From a virus, in the IMG/VR virus record IMGVR_UViG_3300047496_000053, positions 7,305-71,304 of that record: 64,000 nt of DNA. One strand, written 5' to 3'. A model generated the notes under the pieces. The model was not told where the DNA came from and ran no database searches. It worked only from the letters and a program-made list of their open reading frames with translations. The position numbers and the translations under genes were made by a program. Positions 35,089 to 45,114 of this stretch are shown here, piece after piece (position 1 is the stretch's first letter; each line of letters starts with the position of its first letter).

Positions 35089-35358
35089 TCAGTTCCTTCC
35101 TCGGGTTTGCGGGAACTCGGCTTGCTCCAATCGATCGACCCTGCGCAATTCGTCGATTTGCCGGGTCTGCACTTCGTACAATGTGCGATTGAAAACCTCG
35201 AACTGCGATCGCATAAGAGAGACTTCTTCGTCGAGGGTCTTTTGCCGCTGGTAAAACTGTCCTATGAAGAAAATGAGCGTGGTGGCCTGGATGATTAGGG
35301 CGATTCCCCCGCCCCACAAAGCCTTGTCGATCGATTCCGCCTTCTTGATTGCTTCCAT
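35089..35358 (-). CDS. Small membrane protein (holin or antiholin-like)
   Basis: One TM segment plus coiled coil, heads the lysis cassette. Confidence 0.5.
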   Translation of the reverse strand: MEAIKKAESIDKALWGGGIALIIQATTLIFFIGQFYQRQKTLDEEVSLMRSQFEVFNRTLYEVQTRQIDELRRVDRLEQAEFPQTRGRN

Positions 35359-35371
35359 GAGAATCAGGCCA

Positions 35372-36688
35372 TCAGTAGATTCGGTGGCCGACAAAAGAAC
35401 CGTACCCACCGGACTGAGTTTGTCCACCATTGGCGCACGCCACATAAGTTGCAACGGTGTCTCCAGCGGAGACCGTTATAACGTGGTCGATTATCACGAC
35501 TCCTTCTTGTTGACCAGTTCCGACCGCCCATGCGTTCGCATTTCCTTGAGTGCCGCCATTGTGAAGAAGTTGGATAGTGACCGAGCCGGTATTGGCCGAA
35601 GCGTTTCCACAGGTTGCGGTCGCCCGTATTGCGTAAGTTCCAGCGTTCGCTATCGTCAGCGTTCCGGCAGAGTAAGACGTAACACCGACCGCAATGTGCG
35701 CGGTCTGATAATTCAGTACCCCGGTTCCAGAAAATAGCGGGTGATTTCCGTATGACCATGCCGTCATTGCGAACCCTGGAGCGTTTACCCACGCCGGGGC
35801 TCCAGTTCCACCAGACGTGAGAATCTGCCCGGCGACGCCAGCGGGCAGTTTCGATGTCACATTTGCGGCGCTTTGGTAAAGAATTTGCCCGGCACTGCCG
35901 CCGCCGATCGCCGTGGCCGTCGATGCGTTGCCCAAGATGCTGATGAGCCATCCGCTCGGGAAGAGCGCGGCGATCGCGCCAAAGACGTTCCATTGCACAT
36001 TCTGTTGATTGAAAACGAAGATCGACTCGTTCGGCTGAAGCGTGAAGGACACCCCGAGCCCTACGATCGACTCGGTGCCATTGGCATGGATCGTCCAGTT
36101 CTGGTTCGACGAATTGAAGAACCAGTAGCCGTGCCCCGAGGTAGACGGGACTGTCGCGATCGCCGGAAGCGTGATCGTTTGACCGGACGCGGTTCCGTAA
36201 ATCTGGACCGCGGTGCCCATCTGGTTGACCGTGAGCGATCCGCCCGCGTTGATGAAGGTTTGACCGCCGAGCGACCCCGGCGCCAAGAAGGCTTGCCAGT
36301 TCGCGCCTCCCGTGTCAGGGTTGGTCGAATTGTTGTCGACGACATTGCGCCACAACCCGGCGCCGCTCGTCATCTGGAGAATCGTCCCCGCCGGATAGCC
36401 GCCGACATTGCCAGCGAACGTCGAGTCGTAATAGATCGGACCGCCAGCGGCGTACCAGCGAGACCACGCCGAAAGGACGTTGAGGATGTAGTTCATATCC
36501 CGCCCGTCCGGAGGATCGCCGCCAGCGCTCGCAGGCACGAATGTCAATGGCGGGAATCCATCGGTGTACGAGGCTGCGCCATTGGTGATCCCGATTTGCG
36601 AAGGCACCGGCACCGTGCGGATGTAGCTTCCGCCAGCGCTGTTCGCAAATGGAAGCTGGATCTTGGTTGGTATTTGGGCGATTTGCAT
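35372..36688 (-). CDS. Tail fibre protein
   Basis: N-terminal ASYTDGFPPLTF...GGDPPDGRDMN...GGYPAG baseplate-anchor motif; C1q/TNF-like tip. Confidence 0.8.
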   Translation of the reverse strand: MQIAQIPTKIQLPFANSAGGSYIRTVPVPSQIGITNGAASYTDGFPPLTFVPASAGGDPPDGRDMNYILNVLSAWSRWYAAGGPIYYDSTFAGNVGGYPAGTILQMTSGAGLWRNVVDNNSTNPDTGGANWQAFLAPGSLGGQTFINAGGSLTVNQMGTAVQIYGTASGQTITLPAIATVPSTSGHGYWFFNSSNQNWTIHANGTESIVGLGVSFTLQPNESIFVFNQQNVQWNVFGAIAALFPSGWLISILGNASTATAIGGGSAGQILYQSAANVTSKLPAGVAGQILTSGGTGAPAWVNAPGFAMTAWSYGNHPLFSGTGVLNYQTAHIAVGVTSYSAGTLTIANAGTYAIRATATCGNASANTGSVTIQLLHNGGTQGNANAWAVGTGQQEGVVIIDHVITVSAGDTVATYVACANGGQTQSGGYGSFVGHRIY

Positions 36689-38748
36689 CAGATTTGCACC
36701 ACGGTAGCGGTGACTCCAGTGGGTTTCGGAAGAACGCCAGATTGCGACACGATCGCCACTTCGACCGGCGTGAGCACGGGACGTACGGCAAAGGTGTAGG
36801 TCATGGTCATGTTTAGAGCGTCGGTCACGTATGCGTTGCCCGTGCGACCGGCGACAGGCGTCAAAAATAGGTTGATGAGGATTTGGTTCACGCTCTGCAC
36901 GGAACCGTTCGAGATATTCGACAGCGCTTTGGCGAGCAAGAGGGTTCGGAAGCTCGAATCGGTCAGCGAGAAGTTGGTTGTAGTCGGCGCCCCCGAGTAC
37001 CACGGATTCGCACCAGTCGGAGCGGGACCACCACCGAAAGAATCGCCGCTCGCATTGAAAGGCCCACCGGCACCGCTGAATCCGAAATAGGTTCCGGCCT
37101 GCACTTGGAGCACTCGATTAACCCCGAGGATCCGCCCCCACACATCGAGACCGTATCCTTGCGCGGTGTTGATGTTGAACACGAAGTTGAAGAAATTGTT
37201 GATGTTCGCCGTCTGGTCGATGTATTGCTCAAAGTTGCTTATTAGAGCCATGAGCGTCGGCGAGTTCGCGTACTGGCTCATGATCGTGTCTTCCCACACC
37301 GGGGTCACGGGCTCGATGAACTGGTACAGGTAGCTTCCGGTCCAGGTGAGGATAGCGCCAAGGACCGGCGCGGTCGAGAAGATCACCTGCCCGGTGCCAT
37401 AGATCGAAGCGTTCCCCAGGACCGTCACCGCGGCGATCTGCGTGGCAATGAACGGAGTGGCGACAATGCCGAACTCGATCTGCGGGTCGTACACGTAATA
37501 AGTCTGCCCCGCGTTGCCAGCACCATCGGAAGGGTCGATGTAAAAGTGCAAGCCAGCCGCCGCGGTGATGGGGAATGTGCCGGTGATAGAACAGCGGAAC
37601 CATCCTGCGCCGACGTAGTTCATGACGGGAGCGTATGAGCCGACTTGCGGCGTTGGCGCTCCAGCGTTGAAATCGAAGTCTGCATAAGCCACATTCGCGT
37701 CTAAGCCGTCGCGAAGATAAAGCCGGATCGGATTTGCCGTCGAGGTTCCCATCTTCAGGTACACCGAGGCGGTCAAGGTCTGCGTGGCAAATTGCGTCGG
37801 GATGATGGTCGTTTGCAGGTACACGTACGAGTTCGTGAGCCCCGACGAGGCCAAGGTGATAGTCCACGCAGACGTGTTGCCGTCGGGTGTCACGACGGCC
37901 GATGTCGAAACTGCGCATTGCGTGAAGCCCCACACTGCGGCGTCGCTCAGCACGTTGGCAAATGGGATGACGTTGGTACGCGGCGCGGTCGTGCTCACCG
38001 TGTAGTCTGCGGCTGTCAGCGGATAGGAGGTCGTCGGCAAGAGCGCGGACGGCGCCGATCCAAGCTCCAATTGCGCGCCCCATGCGTACAGGCCAGAGCC
38101 GACCGTTCCGGCGTAGTTCAGATTGCCCGTTGGATTGGCGAGATATATATTGCCGTTGCCCACCGTCGCCGCGCTTCCGATAATGCCGGTCACGCTCGCA
38201 CGGAACCAGCCGTTCGAAAGTTGCAGGATCGAAGTCGACGACACGACGCCCGTGCCGAGAGCGCCAGAGTCGACGACGACGCCAGCATTTAGATCAATGT
38301 CCGCATAGGCCCCGTTATTGCTTCCGTCTTCCCACTGGATGCGGCAGGCAGTTCGAACGCCAGCCTTGAGGAACACCGACCACGTATAGGTCGAATTGGG
38401 GACCACGGTGATGTTTTGCGACACACCGAACAGGCCAGTGACCGCGGTTTCGCTGATGAAGTTTCCGGTGCCGCTTCCATCGGGAGCGAAGGTCGCATTG
38501 ACCGCCGCCGTGACATCGGTCAGCGTCCAGCCCGTGCTACCGACAATTTGCGAATAGGTGCACAGATTGGTGCGCGGCGTGGTCGTCAATGGCTGGTTGC
38601 CTTGCCAGTCATTTCGAAATACGCTGGTCACGTTGGCAACGATCACCCCATCGTCGATGTCGCCGAGAGCGAATTGGGTCGTCACCCCGTCGCCGGTTCC
38701 GAGCGATACCGGAATCGGCTCCAGCGAGGTTAGGTAGCTGGTGGCCAT
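36688..38748 (-). CDS. DUF2612-like baseplate wedge protein with extra tandem domains
   Basis: C-terminal SQYANSP...TAQGYGLDVWGRILG...LPKPTGV; two PRTN-initiated ~170-aa domains upstream. Confidence 0.75.
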   Translation of the reverse strand: MATSYLTSLEPIPVSLGTGDGVTTQFALGDIDDGVIVANVTSVFRNDWQGNQPLTTTPRTNLCTYSQIVGSTGWTLTDVTAAVNATFAPDGSGTGNFISETAVTGLFGVSQNITVVPNSTYTWSVFLKAGVRTACRIQWEDGSNNGAYADIDLNAGVVVDSGALGTGVVSSTSILQLSNGWFRASVTGIIGSAATVGNGNIYLANPTGNLNYAGTVGSGLYAWGAQLELGSAPSALLPTTSYPLTAADYTVSTTAPRTNVIPFANVLSDAAVWGFTQCAVSTSAVVTPDGNTSAWTITLASSGLTNSYVYLQTTIIPTQFATQTLTASVYLKMGTSTANPIRLYLRDGLDANVAYADFDFNAGAPTPQVGSYAPVMNYVGAGWFRCSITGTFPITAAAGLHFYIDPSDGAGNAGQTYYVYDPQIEFGIVATPFIATQIAAVTVLGNASIYGTGQVIFSTAPVLGAILTWTGSYLYQFIEPVTPVWEDTIMSQYANSPTLMALISNFEQYIDQTANINNFFNFVFNINTAQGYGLDVWGRILGVNRVLQVQAGTYFGFSGAGGPFNASGDSFGGGPAPTGANPWYSGAPTTTNFSLTDSSFRTLLLAKALSNISNGSVQSVNQILINLFLTPVAGRTGNAYVTDALNMTMTYTFAVRPVLTPVEVAIVSQSGVLPKPTGVTATVVQI

Positions 38749-40187
38749 TATGTGATCGTCACGCCGATGTTCCCGTTCGATAGCGTCGGGATCTGGTTAA
38801 TGTTCACCTGCACCACGTTGAGCCCCGCCACCGCAAGCGTTATCGGCTCGCTCGCGACGGTCTGCGTCTGACTCACCACCCAGGTCGAACCGCTTCCCGA
38901 AACGACGTAGGTGCCCACCAGGATGTTGCCGGTCGTGTCGAAGAGATATTGACCGATCGCTACGGCGCCAGAGAAAACCGACGTGATCGTGAGCGTGGTT
39001 CCGCTTATCGCCCCCTGGACGTAAGCCGCCGCGATGTTGGTCGAACCGATTTGGATCGATCGGATCTGCGCCCAGGTTCCGAGCGCTGCTATGCCAGCGT
39101 AGAAACGGCTCGCGAAGACTTGGGATCCGATGCGCGCGCGCGGGCCTCCGTCGTTCCCTGCAAAGGCGGTCTGGATGGCGGCTTGGATGAGAGTTGTCGC
39201 GTTCGATGGAATCCCCGAATTATTGGCGAGGCTAACCGAAAAGATAAACGGCAGCGAAGTCGGTATCTGGAATGTGACCGTGTACGACGGATATGGCGCC
39301 ACGTAGCCAGAATTGGTGTCGTAGACCGTGACCGAGTGGTTCCCGGTGTAGCCGCAACCGCCGCCCTTTTTCTGCCAGATGGCGTACCCGACCGCTGTGT
39401 CGATTCCACCGGACACGCACACATAGATGCTGGCGGCAGCGATTGTCACGCCCAGGATCGTGTAGGCCGCGCCTGTCGAGTTGTCGTAGCTGTAGGCATC
39501 AATCACCCCGGGGACTTGCAGAACGTTCCCCTGGACCGCCTGGATCATCTGCAAGGCATTGAGCGCGACCGATTGCTGCCGACGAAGCTCGAAGGCATAC
39601 TGGCTTTCGACGTTGGAGCCCACGACACCGGCCGCGGTGTTGGTGATCGAATCCCATCCGGGGATGGCCTGATAGATCGCGTTGAGGTAGCCGATGGGGC
39701 AAGCGATCGGGCCTGTCGTCACGCAGGCGAAAGGGATCACCACGCTACCGTTCGAGGCGATGACAGCCGATTCCGTCGACAGGTATAGATTGCCGCCTTG
39801 ATCGACCGCGATCGAGTTCACCGGGATCACCGTGCCCACTGCACCCGAGCAAGTGCAGGACTCGCACACGGTCGCCGTTGCGGGGATGCGTGTCAGGTAG
39901 TAGATCCGCCCGATCGCGTCTTGCATCCGGCCGGTGGCGAACGCCGGGTCGACGCTGTTGGCCAGTTGGCAGAATTGATCCTGCGCGGTGCCGATGATCG
40001 CGGTCTGACTGGACGCAAGCTGGCCTTGGGGCGTCTTCAGGCTGTTCGTGTTGGTGGCGCTGAGGTTCAGGTTCCCGCCGAACGCGGCTTGGATGTCTTC
40101 GATGACACCCGCGAGAATAGCCGCCTCGGTCTGAGGAATAAAGCCGGTGGCACCGAAGGTCGGGCTTGGCACATTGGTCGTGGACAT
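38748..40187 (-). CDS. Baseplate J-like wedge protein
   Basis: TPQGQLA...DPAFATGRMQDAIGRIYYLTR. Confidence 0.85.
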   Translation of the reverse strand: MSTTNVPSPTFGATGFIPQTEAAILAGVIEDIQAAFGGNLNLSATNTNSLKTPQGQLASSQTAIIGTAQDQFCQLANSVDPAFATGRMQDAIGRIYYLTRIPATATVCESCTCSGAVGTVIPVNSIAVDQGGNLYLSTESAVIASNGSVVIPFACVTTGPIACPIGYLNAIYQAIPGWDSITNTAAGVVGSNVESQYAFELRRQQSVALNALQMIQAVQGNVLQVPGVIDAYSYDNSTGAAYTILGVTIAAASIYVCVSGGIDTAVGYAIWQKKGGGCGYTGNHSVTVYDTNSGYVAPYPSYTVTFQIPTSLPFIFSVSLANNSGIPSNATTLIQAAIQTAFAGNDGGPRARIGSQVFASRFYAGIAALGTWAQIRSIQIGSTNIAAAYVQGAISGTTLTITSVFSGAVAIGQYLFDTTGNILVGTYVVSGSGSTWVVSQTQTVASEPITLAVAGLNVVQVNINQIPTLSNGNIGVTIT

Positions 40188-40537
40188 TAGAAGCTCGCCG
40201 TGGCGGTTACGCCGTTATTGGTTGTAATTTGCACCTGTCCCGTCACGATTCGGCCGCTGATGCTCTGGATGAACACCTGCGCCGCAGTGACCTCTGGAAC
40301 CGTGAGCGCTGCGGCAACGAACGCCGCCTTCATGATCGGGATTGATGGGGTTTGCCCAAGGATGGTGTCGAAATAATCGATGCCGATCGTGGTGTCGTAG
40401 TAGACCTCGGTGATGAAGGTGCGGATCGCGCTGGCGGCATCTTGGGCGAGCGAGTACGGATCGCTTGCCATAGCGATGTTTTGCGACGAATCGATGGTGA
40501 GGTCGTACGTCGCTGGCAGCATGAAAAGCGTGTTCAT
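40187..40537 (-). CDS. Baseplate wedge/sheath initiator (gp25/GP46-like)
   Basis: SLAQDAASAIRTF..EVYYDTTIGIDY. Confidence 0.7.
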   Translation of the reverse strand: MNTLFMLPATYDLTIDSSQNIAMASDPYSLAQDAASAIRTFITEVYYDTTIGIDYFDTILGQTPSIPIMKAAFVAAALTVPEVTAAQVFIQSISGRIVTGQVQITTNNGVTATASF

Positions 40538-41271
40538 CCTGTCGGACCTCCGGAGGTTCCCGAGCCGGTGCTGACGCCGGTATGACGGTGGGTTTCGAGG
40601 TCAATGCTCCCGGCAGTTACGTTGCCGGTTGCCACGATGGCCCCGTTCACCTGGAGCGTCGGCGTGGTGATCGTGACACCCGTGGATGCGTTTATCGCGA
40701 CTGTAGGAGCCACCAAAGTTATAGTTGGCGCCTGAAATTGAATCGCCGTCGGTGACACGATGTTGATGCCCGAACTCGAAAATTGCACGTACTGCGTCGG
40801 GGTCTTTGAGAAGACACTGAACAGATAAATTCCATCGGACATATCGTACATACGCCGACTTCCAGGATTCACATTCTTCGTCGTCCCGCTCACCAGCCCG
40901 GAAGCATTTGCAATCCCACTCGAAATGTCCCGGTCGCAAAAAACGGCAATGCCAATGTCGCCCACCGTGGGGTCCAGGATCACGGCGTTTACGCCGCCTT
41001 GAATGCGAGAGTACGGACATTGGTACAGTATCCCGTGAGGCACCGCGTTCCAATTGCCGTCCATCTGGTTGACCAGAGGAAGCACGTTGACCAGCCCGAT
41101 AGGCGCCACGCCGCCAGCATTGGAGACCTTCACCACGCGCACCAGCGTCGCGCCAGCGATTGACGACAGGATCGACTTGATGTGGAACGCCGAGGCATTG
41201 AACTCGTCGTCGAAGTCGCTCGGCGTCGCTTGCCCGCTGAACCCCGTTCCGTTATTTGGCTCAGCCATCAT
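40534..41271 (-). CDS. Baseplate central spike (Gp138/gpV-like)
   Basis: DPTVGDIG.AVFCDRDIS; C-terminal HRHTGV...GGP. Confidence 0.85.
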   Translation of the reverse strand: MMAEPNNGTGFSGQATPSDFDDEFNASAFHIKSILSSIAGATLVRVVKVSNAGGVAPIGLVNVLPLVNQMDGNWNAVPHGILYQCPYSRIQGGVNAVILDPTVGDIGIAVFCDRDISSGIANASGLVSGTTKNVNPGSRRMYDMSDGIYLFSVFSKTPTQYVQFSSSGINIVSPTAIQFQAPTITLVAPTVAINASTGVTITTPTLQVNGAIVATGNVTAGSIDLETHRHTGVSTGSGTSGGPTG

Positions 41272-42164
41272 TCGCCCCCGGCTTGAGCGCTCGTCACCGT
41301 GGGATACGCACGGAAGGTCGTGAACCACCGGCCCCCGGGCGTGCGGCTATCAAGCTGATGCGAAATATGGTAGGAGAGCAAATTGCCGGTCGCAAAGCGC
41401 AAACTACTTTGCACGTTCACTCGTCCACCGCAAAGGATGTTCGGGTTGAAGAGCGTCTTCACCTGCGCACCGATCCCGATATTGCTCGGGTATCCGACCA
41501 TTCCGGTCTCGGGAGAAATGGTCGGCACTGGTTTGATTCTGTAGCCATCGCGCGCCCACAGAGCGAGCGTACCGTTTTCAATCGTCCAGTTGAACCCACC
41601 GGCTTCCGCGCAGCGCATCATCTGGTCGCGCCGCGAACCCGGGAAGTACGGGGTCTGGAAGACGGTCGCTACCGTGTTTGCTTCGAGCACCAGCGGCTCC
41701 GGGGTAAGCGATGCGAGAGCGCCCATGATCTGCGGTGCGCTCGCCGATCCGGGGTAGCTGGTAGGCTCGATCGACTGGACAGCCTGGAAAGATCCGACCG
41801 CGCTATTGACTTCGAGCACCGAGTCGGGCGACGAGTTCATATCGATCGACGACGAAAGGGTAGTGTTCCCTTGGAACACCCGCGTCATTCCGGACTCAGA
41901 ATCCCCCGCATTGATGGTCAGTTGGTTGTATACCACCTTGGGGACACCACCGACCACGGGAACGATAGAGCACAGATCATTGAGCAACGAAAGAGTGAGG
42001 CCGTGCACGCGCAGGTGCGCGCGACCCATCCCGGGGCCGACGACGCTCGTTATCTGGCACTGGATGCGCAACCCCTTGAGGGTCACTGTGTTCGTGCCAG
42101 AATCAGCGAAAGTGCCGCTGCCGAGCGTGAAGACAAGCTCTATTTCCCGCTGGATGAAGCTCAT
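41268..42164 (-). CDS. Baseplate hub protein
   Basis: AGD...FQG, ISPETGMVGYP; position. Confidence 0.7.
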   Translation of the reverse strand: MSFIQREIELVFTLGSGTFADSGTNTVTLKGLRIQCQITSVVGPGMGRAHLRVHGLTLSLLNDLCSIVPVVGGVPKVVYNQLTINAGDSESGMTRVFQGNTTLSSSIDMNSSPDSVLEVNSAVGSFQAVQSIEPTSYPGSASAPQIMGALASLTPEPLVLEANTVATVFQTPYFPGSRRDQMMRCAEAGGFNWTIENGTLALWARDGYRIKPVPTISPETGMVGYPSNIGIGAQVKTLFNPNILCGGRVNVQSSLRFATGNLLSYHISHQLDSRTPGGRWFTTFRAYPTVTSAQAGGE

Positions 42165-42475
42165 CCGTAGCCACCCAGGTCAGAGGTTTCGAGGTAGCAA
42201 AAAAGGAACCGAGTGCCGAGACCCGGGCTCGAAGGGTCGCTTGTGCCTTGCGTGTCCTGGAAGCACAGATCACCGACGAAACCGAGATAGGTGTTGCGCA
42301 CGATCTTGTTGAGGTTTTGGCAGATGACGCCGCCAATGATGAGCACATTGTCGACGTACAGGTCGCAATAGAAACCATTGGCCGTGGTCTGGTACAGGTT
42401 GATCGTGCAAGCCTGCGAGGCCAGCGTCACGCTCAATTTCTGACTGTACTGGTCGGCGATGGGGATGATCTGCAT
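42161..42475 (-). CDS. Small baseplate protein
   Basis: YLGFVGDL.F.DTQGTSDP...LGTRF. Confidence 0.7.
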   Translation of the reverse strand: MQIIPIADQYSQKLSVTLASQACTINLYQTTANGFYCDLYVDNVLIIGGVICQNLNKIVRNTYLGFVGDLCFQDTQGTSDPSSPGLGTRFLFCYLETSDLGGYG

Positions 42476-43092
42476 TATGGCAATGACAAGACGCTTGCGA
42501 TCGCGGCCTGCTCCCCCGTGGTGGGCGTTTGCGTGAGTACGCTCCCGGTCTGGAAGGCGCTCGCGCCGCTCGGCGCCGCAGTGTTGGAAAACGAAGAGGT
42601 CGCTGTCACGCGGATCTGCACGAATCGGATGTCGACCGCAAGCAACGTGAGGCCATTATCGGCAGTGCGCCGGTACTCGTAATGGCTGATGTTCATGCTC
42701 GGATACGAGACCTCGGGGGTCAGGATGGTGAGCAAAAATAGCGAATCGGCAGCGTCGGCGATGTCAGAGAGAAATTGCTGACGGTCCGAGTTCGAGCCAC
42801 CCTTTACCACGCGCAGGCGAATATCGAATGGCGTGTCGACCTTGTTGTATGACTGGAATGCACCTTCTTCCATGGGGAAGTCGGCAATGTTCCAATCCTG
42901 CCGGTACTCGATGCTTATCACGCTGTCGGGCACGATGATCGGCTTGTTATTGAGCAAAATAGCCCACTGCGTCGCGTTGCCGAAAATCGCGTTGGTGATG
43001 TTGGTCGCATCCGACGAGAGAAGGCTGACCGTGTTGGTGATCGGCGCGATGTTGTTCAACAGCGGCGGGATGCCAGTGTAGGAAAGGCTCAT
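42475..43092 (-). CDS. Tail tube initiator/Dit-like protein
   Basis: ADFPMEEGAFQSYNKV; follows the tape measure. Confidence 0.7.
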   Translation of the reverse strand: MSLSYTGIPPLLNNIAPITNTVSLLSSDATNITNAIFGNATQWAILLNNKPIIVPDSVISIEYRQDWNIADFPMEEGAFQSYNKVDTPFDIRLRVVKGGSNSDRQQFLSDIADAADSLFLLTILTPEVSYPSMNISHYEYRRTADNGLTLLAVDIRFVQIRVTATSSFSNTAAPSGASAFQTGSVLTQTPTTGEQAAIASVLSLP

Positions 43093-44504
43093 CAGTTAGG
43101 CCCTTTCACGGCTTGCACGGTCTGCATGACGCTCTTTCCGATCACCTGTCCAGTGTGCAGCGGGTCGTAACCGGCTGGCGCAACCACGTCGACGTTCAGG
43201 CTGTCTATGTGGATGATGCGTTCGCCGCGCGCGGTCGCGTGGTAGTCCTTGCTGTCCGGTGTCTGTGCAAATTGCTTGAACACGCTGGCAAAATCGCTCG
43301 CGCTCAGGTGCGTGGAGGCGTCGAACAGATGGCCGGTCGCGATGTCGCGGGATCCGGTCTCCGCGTTCACGCCGGGCAGCGCCGCCAGCGCGGCGGCTCC
43401 CGCGGCGATCACGCCGAACGGTACGGCCAGCGCCCCGGCCGCGGCCAGCAGTGCCGGGCTCGTGAGCGCCAGCACGATATTGGAGAGCGCGCCCGCCACC
43501 TGGACCGCCTTGAATCCGATAAAGGCCACGCCAAGAAGTTCTATCGCGTTCTTGAGCCCGCCGACGGCCTTTACCCCTTGACCCATCACGTCGAATATCA
43601 ATTTTAGATCCGCGCCGAAGCCTTTCCAGTCGAAATCACCGATGTCCTTGGCGATTCCGGCGATCGCTTCGCCCAGGTCGTGAATGTGATTTCCGGTCAG
43701 CGCCCACCGCTCGAAGCGTTCGGCCAGGGTGAGCACCACGGGGGCGATCGTGAAGACCAGATCGCGGCCCATAGCGCGCAGCGGGGTCATCATGTGATTC
43801 CAGCGCTGTTCTAGCGCCTGCGCGGCTTTGGCGCTCTTCTCCGTGGCCACCCCGAGCTTGTATTGCAGCGCCACGCTATCGTCGACGGCTTTACCGTACC
43901 CGAGCATGGTCGACACGTTCGGCGAGAAGCCGATGGCGCCGCCCGCGCTTTGCTGGTTGCCGACGCTCAAGCTAGAGAAGAATCGGCGCATCATTTCCAT
44001 CTGCGCCACCACGTTGCCGCTCTTGGCCTGGAATGCGTTCAGGTCAAAGCCAAGTTGCAACAGCCGATCCTCACCAGAGAATTCCCCGGTCAGGGCCAGT
44101 TCTTGATTGATTTTCTGGAGCGCGCGGAACGCCGCATCCATTTCACCGGCTGTCGCTCCAAAATCCTTCGCGGCTTGTTCCCATGCCGAAATTTGCTCGG
44201 TGCCAACGCCTAGAGAATGGGCGAAGCGGCCAATGGCGGCATCGGTTCCGATGATGTCTTCGGTGAAACCCTTGACGGCCTCGAAACCGATGAACGCCGC
44301 GGCAAGGCTCAAGACCTCATTGCGGATCGACCGAAAACTGGCAACAGCCTTTTTCGCATCCTCGTCGAATTGCTTTTGCGTCTTCGTCGCAGACTTGCGG
44401 ATCTTTTCTTGACCCTCTTCAATCCCCTGTTGGCCTTTTTTGTATTCCTTTGGGTCGAGGCCAATGGTGATTAGAAATCGGTCGATGATTGTTGCCAAGA
44501 TCAA
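43092..44504 (-). CDS. Tape measure protein (short; start uncertain)
   Basis: ATIIDRFLITIGLD N terminus, helical and Ala-rich; follows the chaperones. Confidence 0.75.
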   Translation of the reverse strand: MILATIIDRFLITIGLDPKEYKKGQQGIEEGQEKIRKSATKTQKQFDEDAKKAVASFRSIRNEVLSLAAAFIGFEAVKGFTEDIIGTDAAIGRFAHSLGVGTEQISAWEQAAKDFGATAGEMDAAFRALQKINQELALTGEFSGEDRLLQLGFDLNAFQAKSGNVVAQMEMMRRFFSSLSVGNQQSAGGAIGFSPNVSTMLGYGKAVDDSVALQYKLGVATEKSAKAAQALEQRWNHMMTPLRAMGRDLVFTIAPVVLTLAERFERWALTGNHIHDLGEAIAGIAKDIGDFDWKGFGADLKLIFDVMGQGVKAVGGLKNAIELLGVAFIGFKAVQVAGALSNIVLALTSPALLAAAGALAVPFGVIAAGAAALAALPGVNAETGSRDIATGHLFDASTHLSASDFASVFKQFAQTPDSKDYHATARGERIIHIDSLNVDVVAPAGYDPLHTGQVIGKSVMQTVQAVKGPN

Positions 44505-44722
44505 TCCCCTTTGCTTGCAACGCCGCGATTGTACGAATCGACCATGTGGATTTCGAGAAGATCGTAGAGGTCTTCAACCCCGTAGATCGTCTGAAGATCG
44601 GCCAGCGTCGCGAGCTTTGAGCCGACCACCGTGCCGACAGTCCGCGGCACGTTGGCATATTCGGCGTACGACTTGCCGTCGCCCGTGAACCTTATTCTTG
44701 GGCGGCGGCGGGTGAAAAAAAA
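44501..44722 (-). CDS. Tail assembly chaperone -1 frameshift extension
   Basis: Open -1 frame from the T8 tract: ...YANVPRTVGTVVGSKLATLADLQTIYGVEDLYDLLEI... Confidence 0.65.
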   Translation of the reverse strand, partial: FFFTRRRPRIRFTGDGKSYAEYANVPRTVGTVVGSKLATLADLQTIYGVEDLYDLLEIHMVDSYNRGVASKGD

Positions 44723-45099
44723 CCAGTGTGCAGGGCGAGGATTTCTTTGCGCAAGGTCAGGCGCGTTTTGACTTCCTCGATGTCGGTGTCGACAAGGCCG
44801 CGAGCCACCTTGGGCTTGCTCTTATCCGGGACCACCTGCACACACTCAAACATTTCGTCCATGAGTGGCTTGGCCAATTCCCATGTCACCCCTGCCATGG
44901 CCTTGATACCGAACTGAGCGATGCCCGCCATACCGGCTTGGCCAATTTCTTCGGGAATGTCGATGCCCGAACTGGCCATCGCGAGAAAGGCGCGGATCGC
45001 CCACGCCTCGGCCTGCGCCGCTGGCATTTCGGTCAAGCGGAAAATCTTCCCCGTGTCACGGCCTTCAGCCGCGATCGTTACGTCTTTTGTCTTGCGCAT
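44692..45099 (-). CDS. Tail assembly chaperone
   Basis: GRDTGKIF.LTEMPAAQAEAWA; ends HTGFF with a slippery T8. Confidence 0.8.
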   Translation of the reverse strand: MRKTKDVTIAAEGRDTGKIFRLTEMPAAQAEAWAIRAFLAMASSGIDIPEEIGQAGMAGIAQFGIKAMAGVTWELAKPLMDEMFECVQVVPDKSKPKVARGLVDTDIEEVKTRLTLRKEILALHTGFFSPAAAQE

Positions 45100-45114
45100 T
45101 TCAACCCTCGAAGG

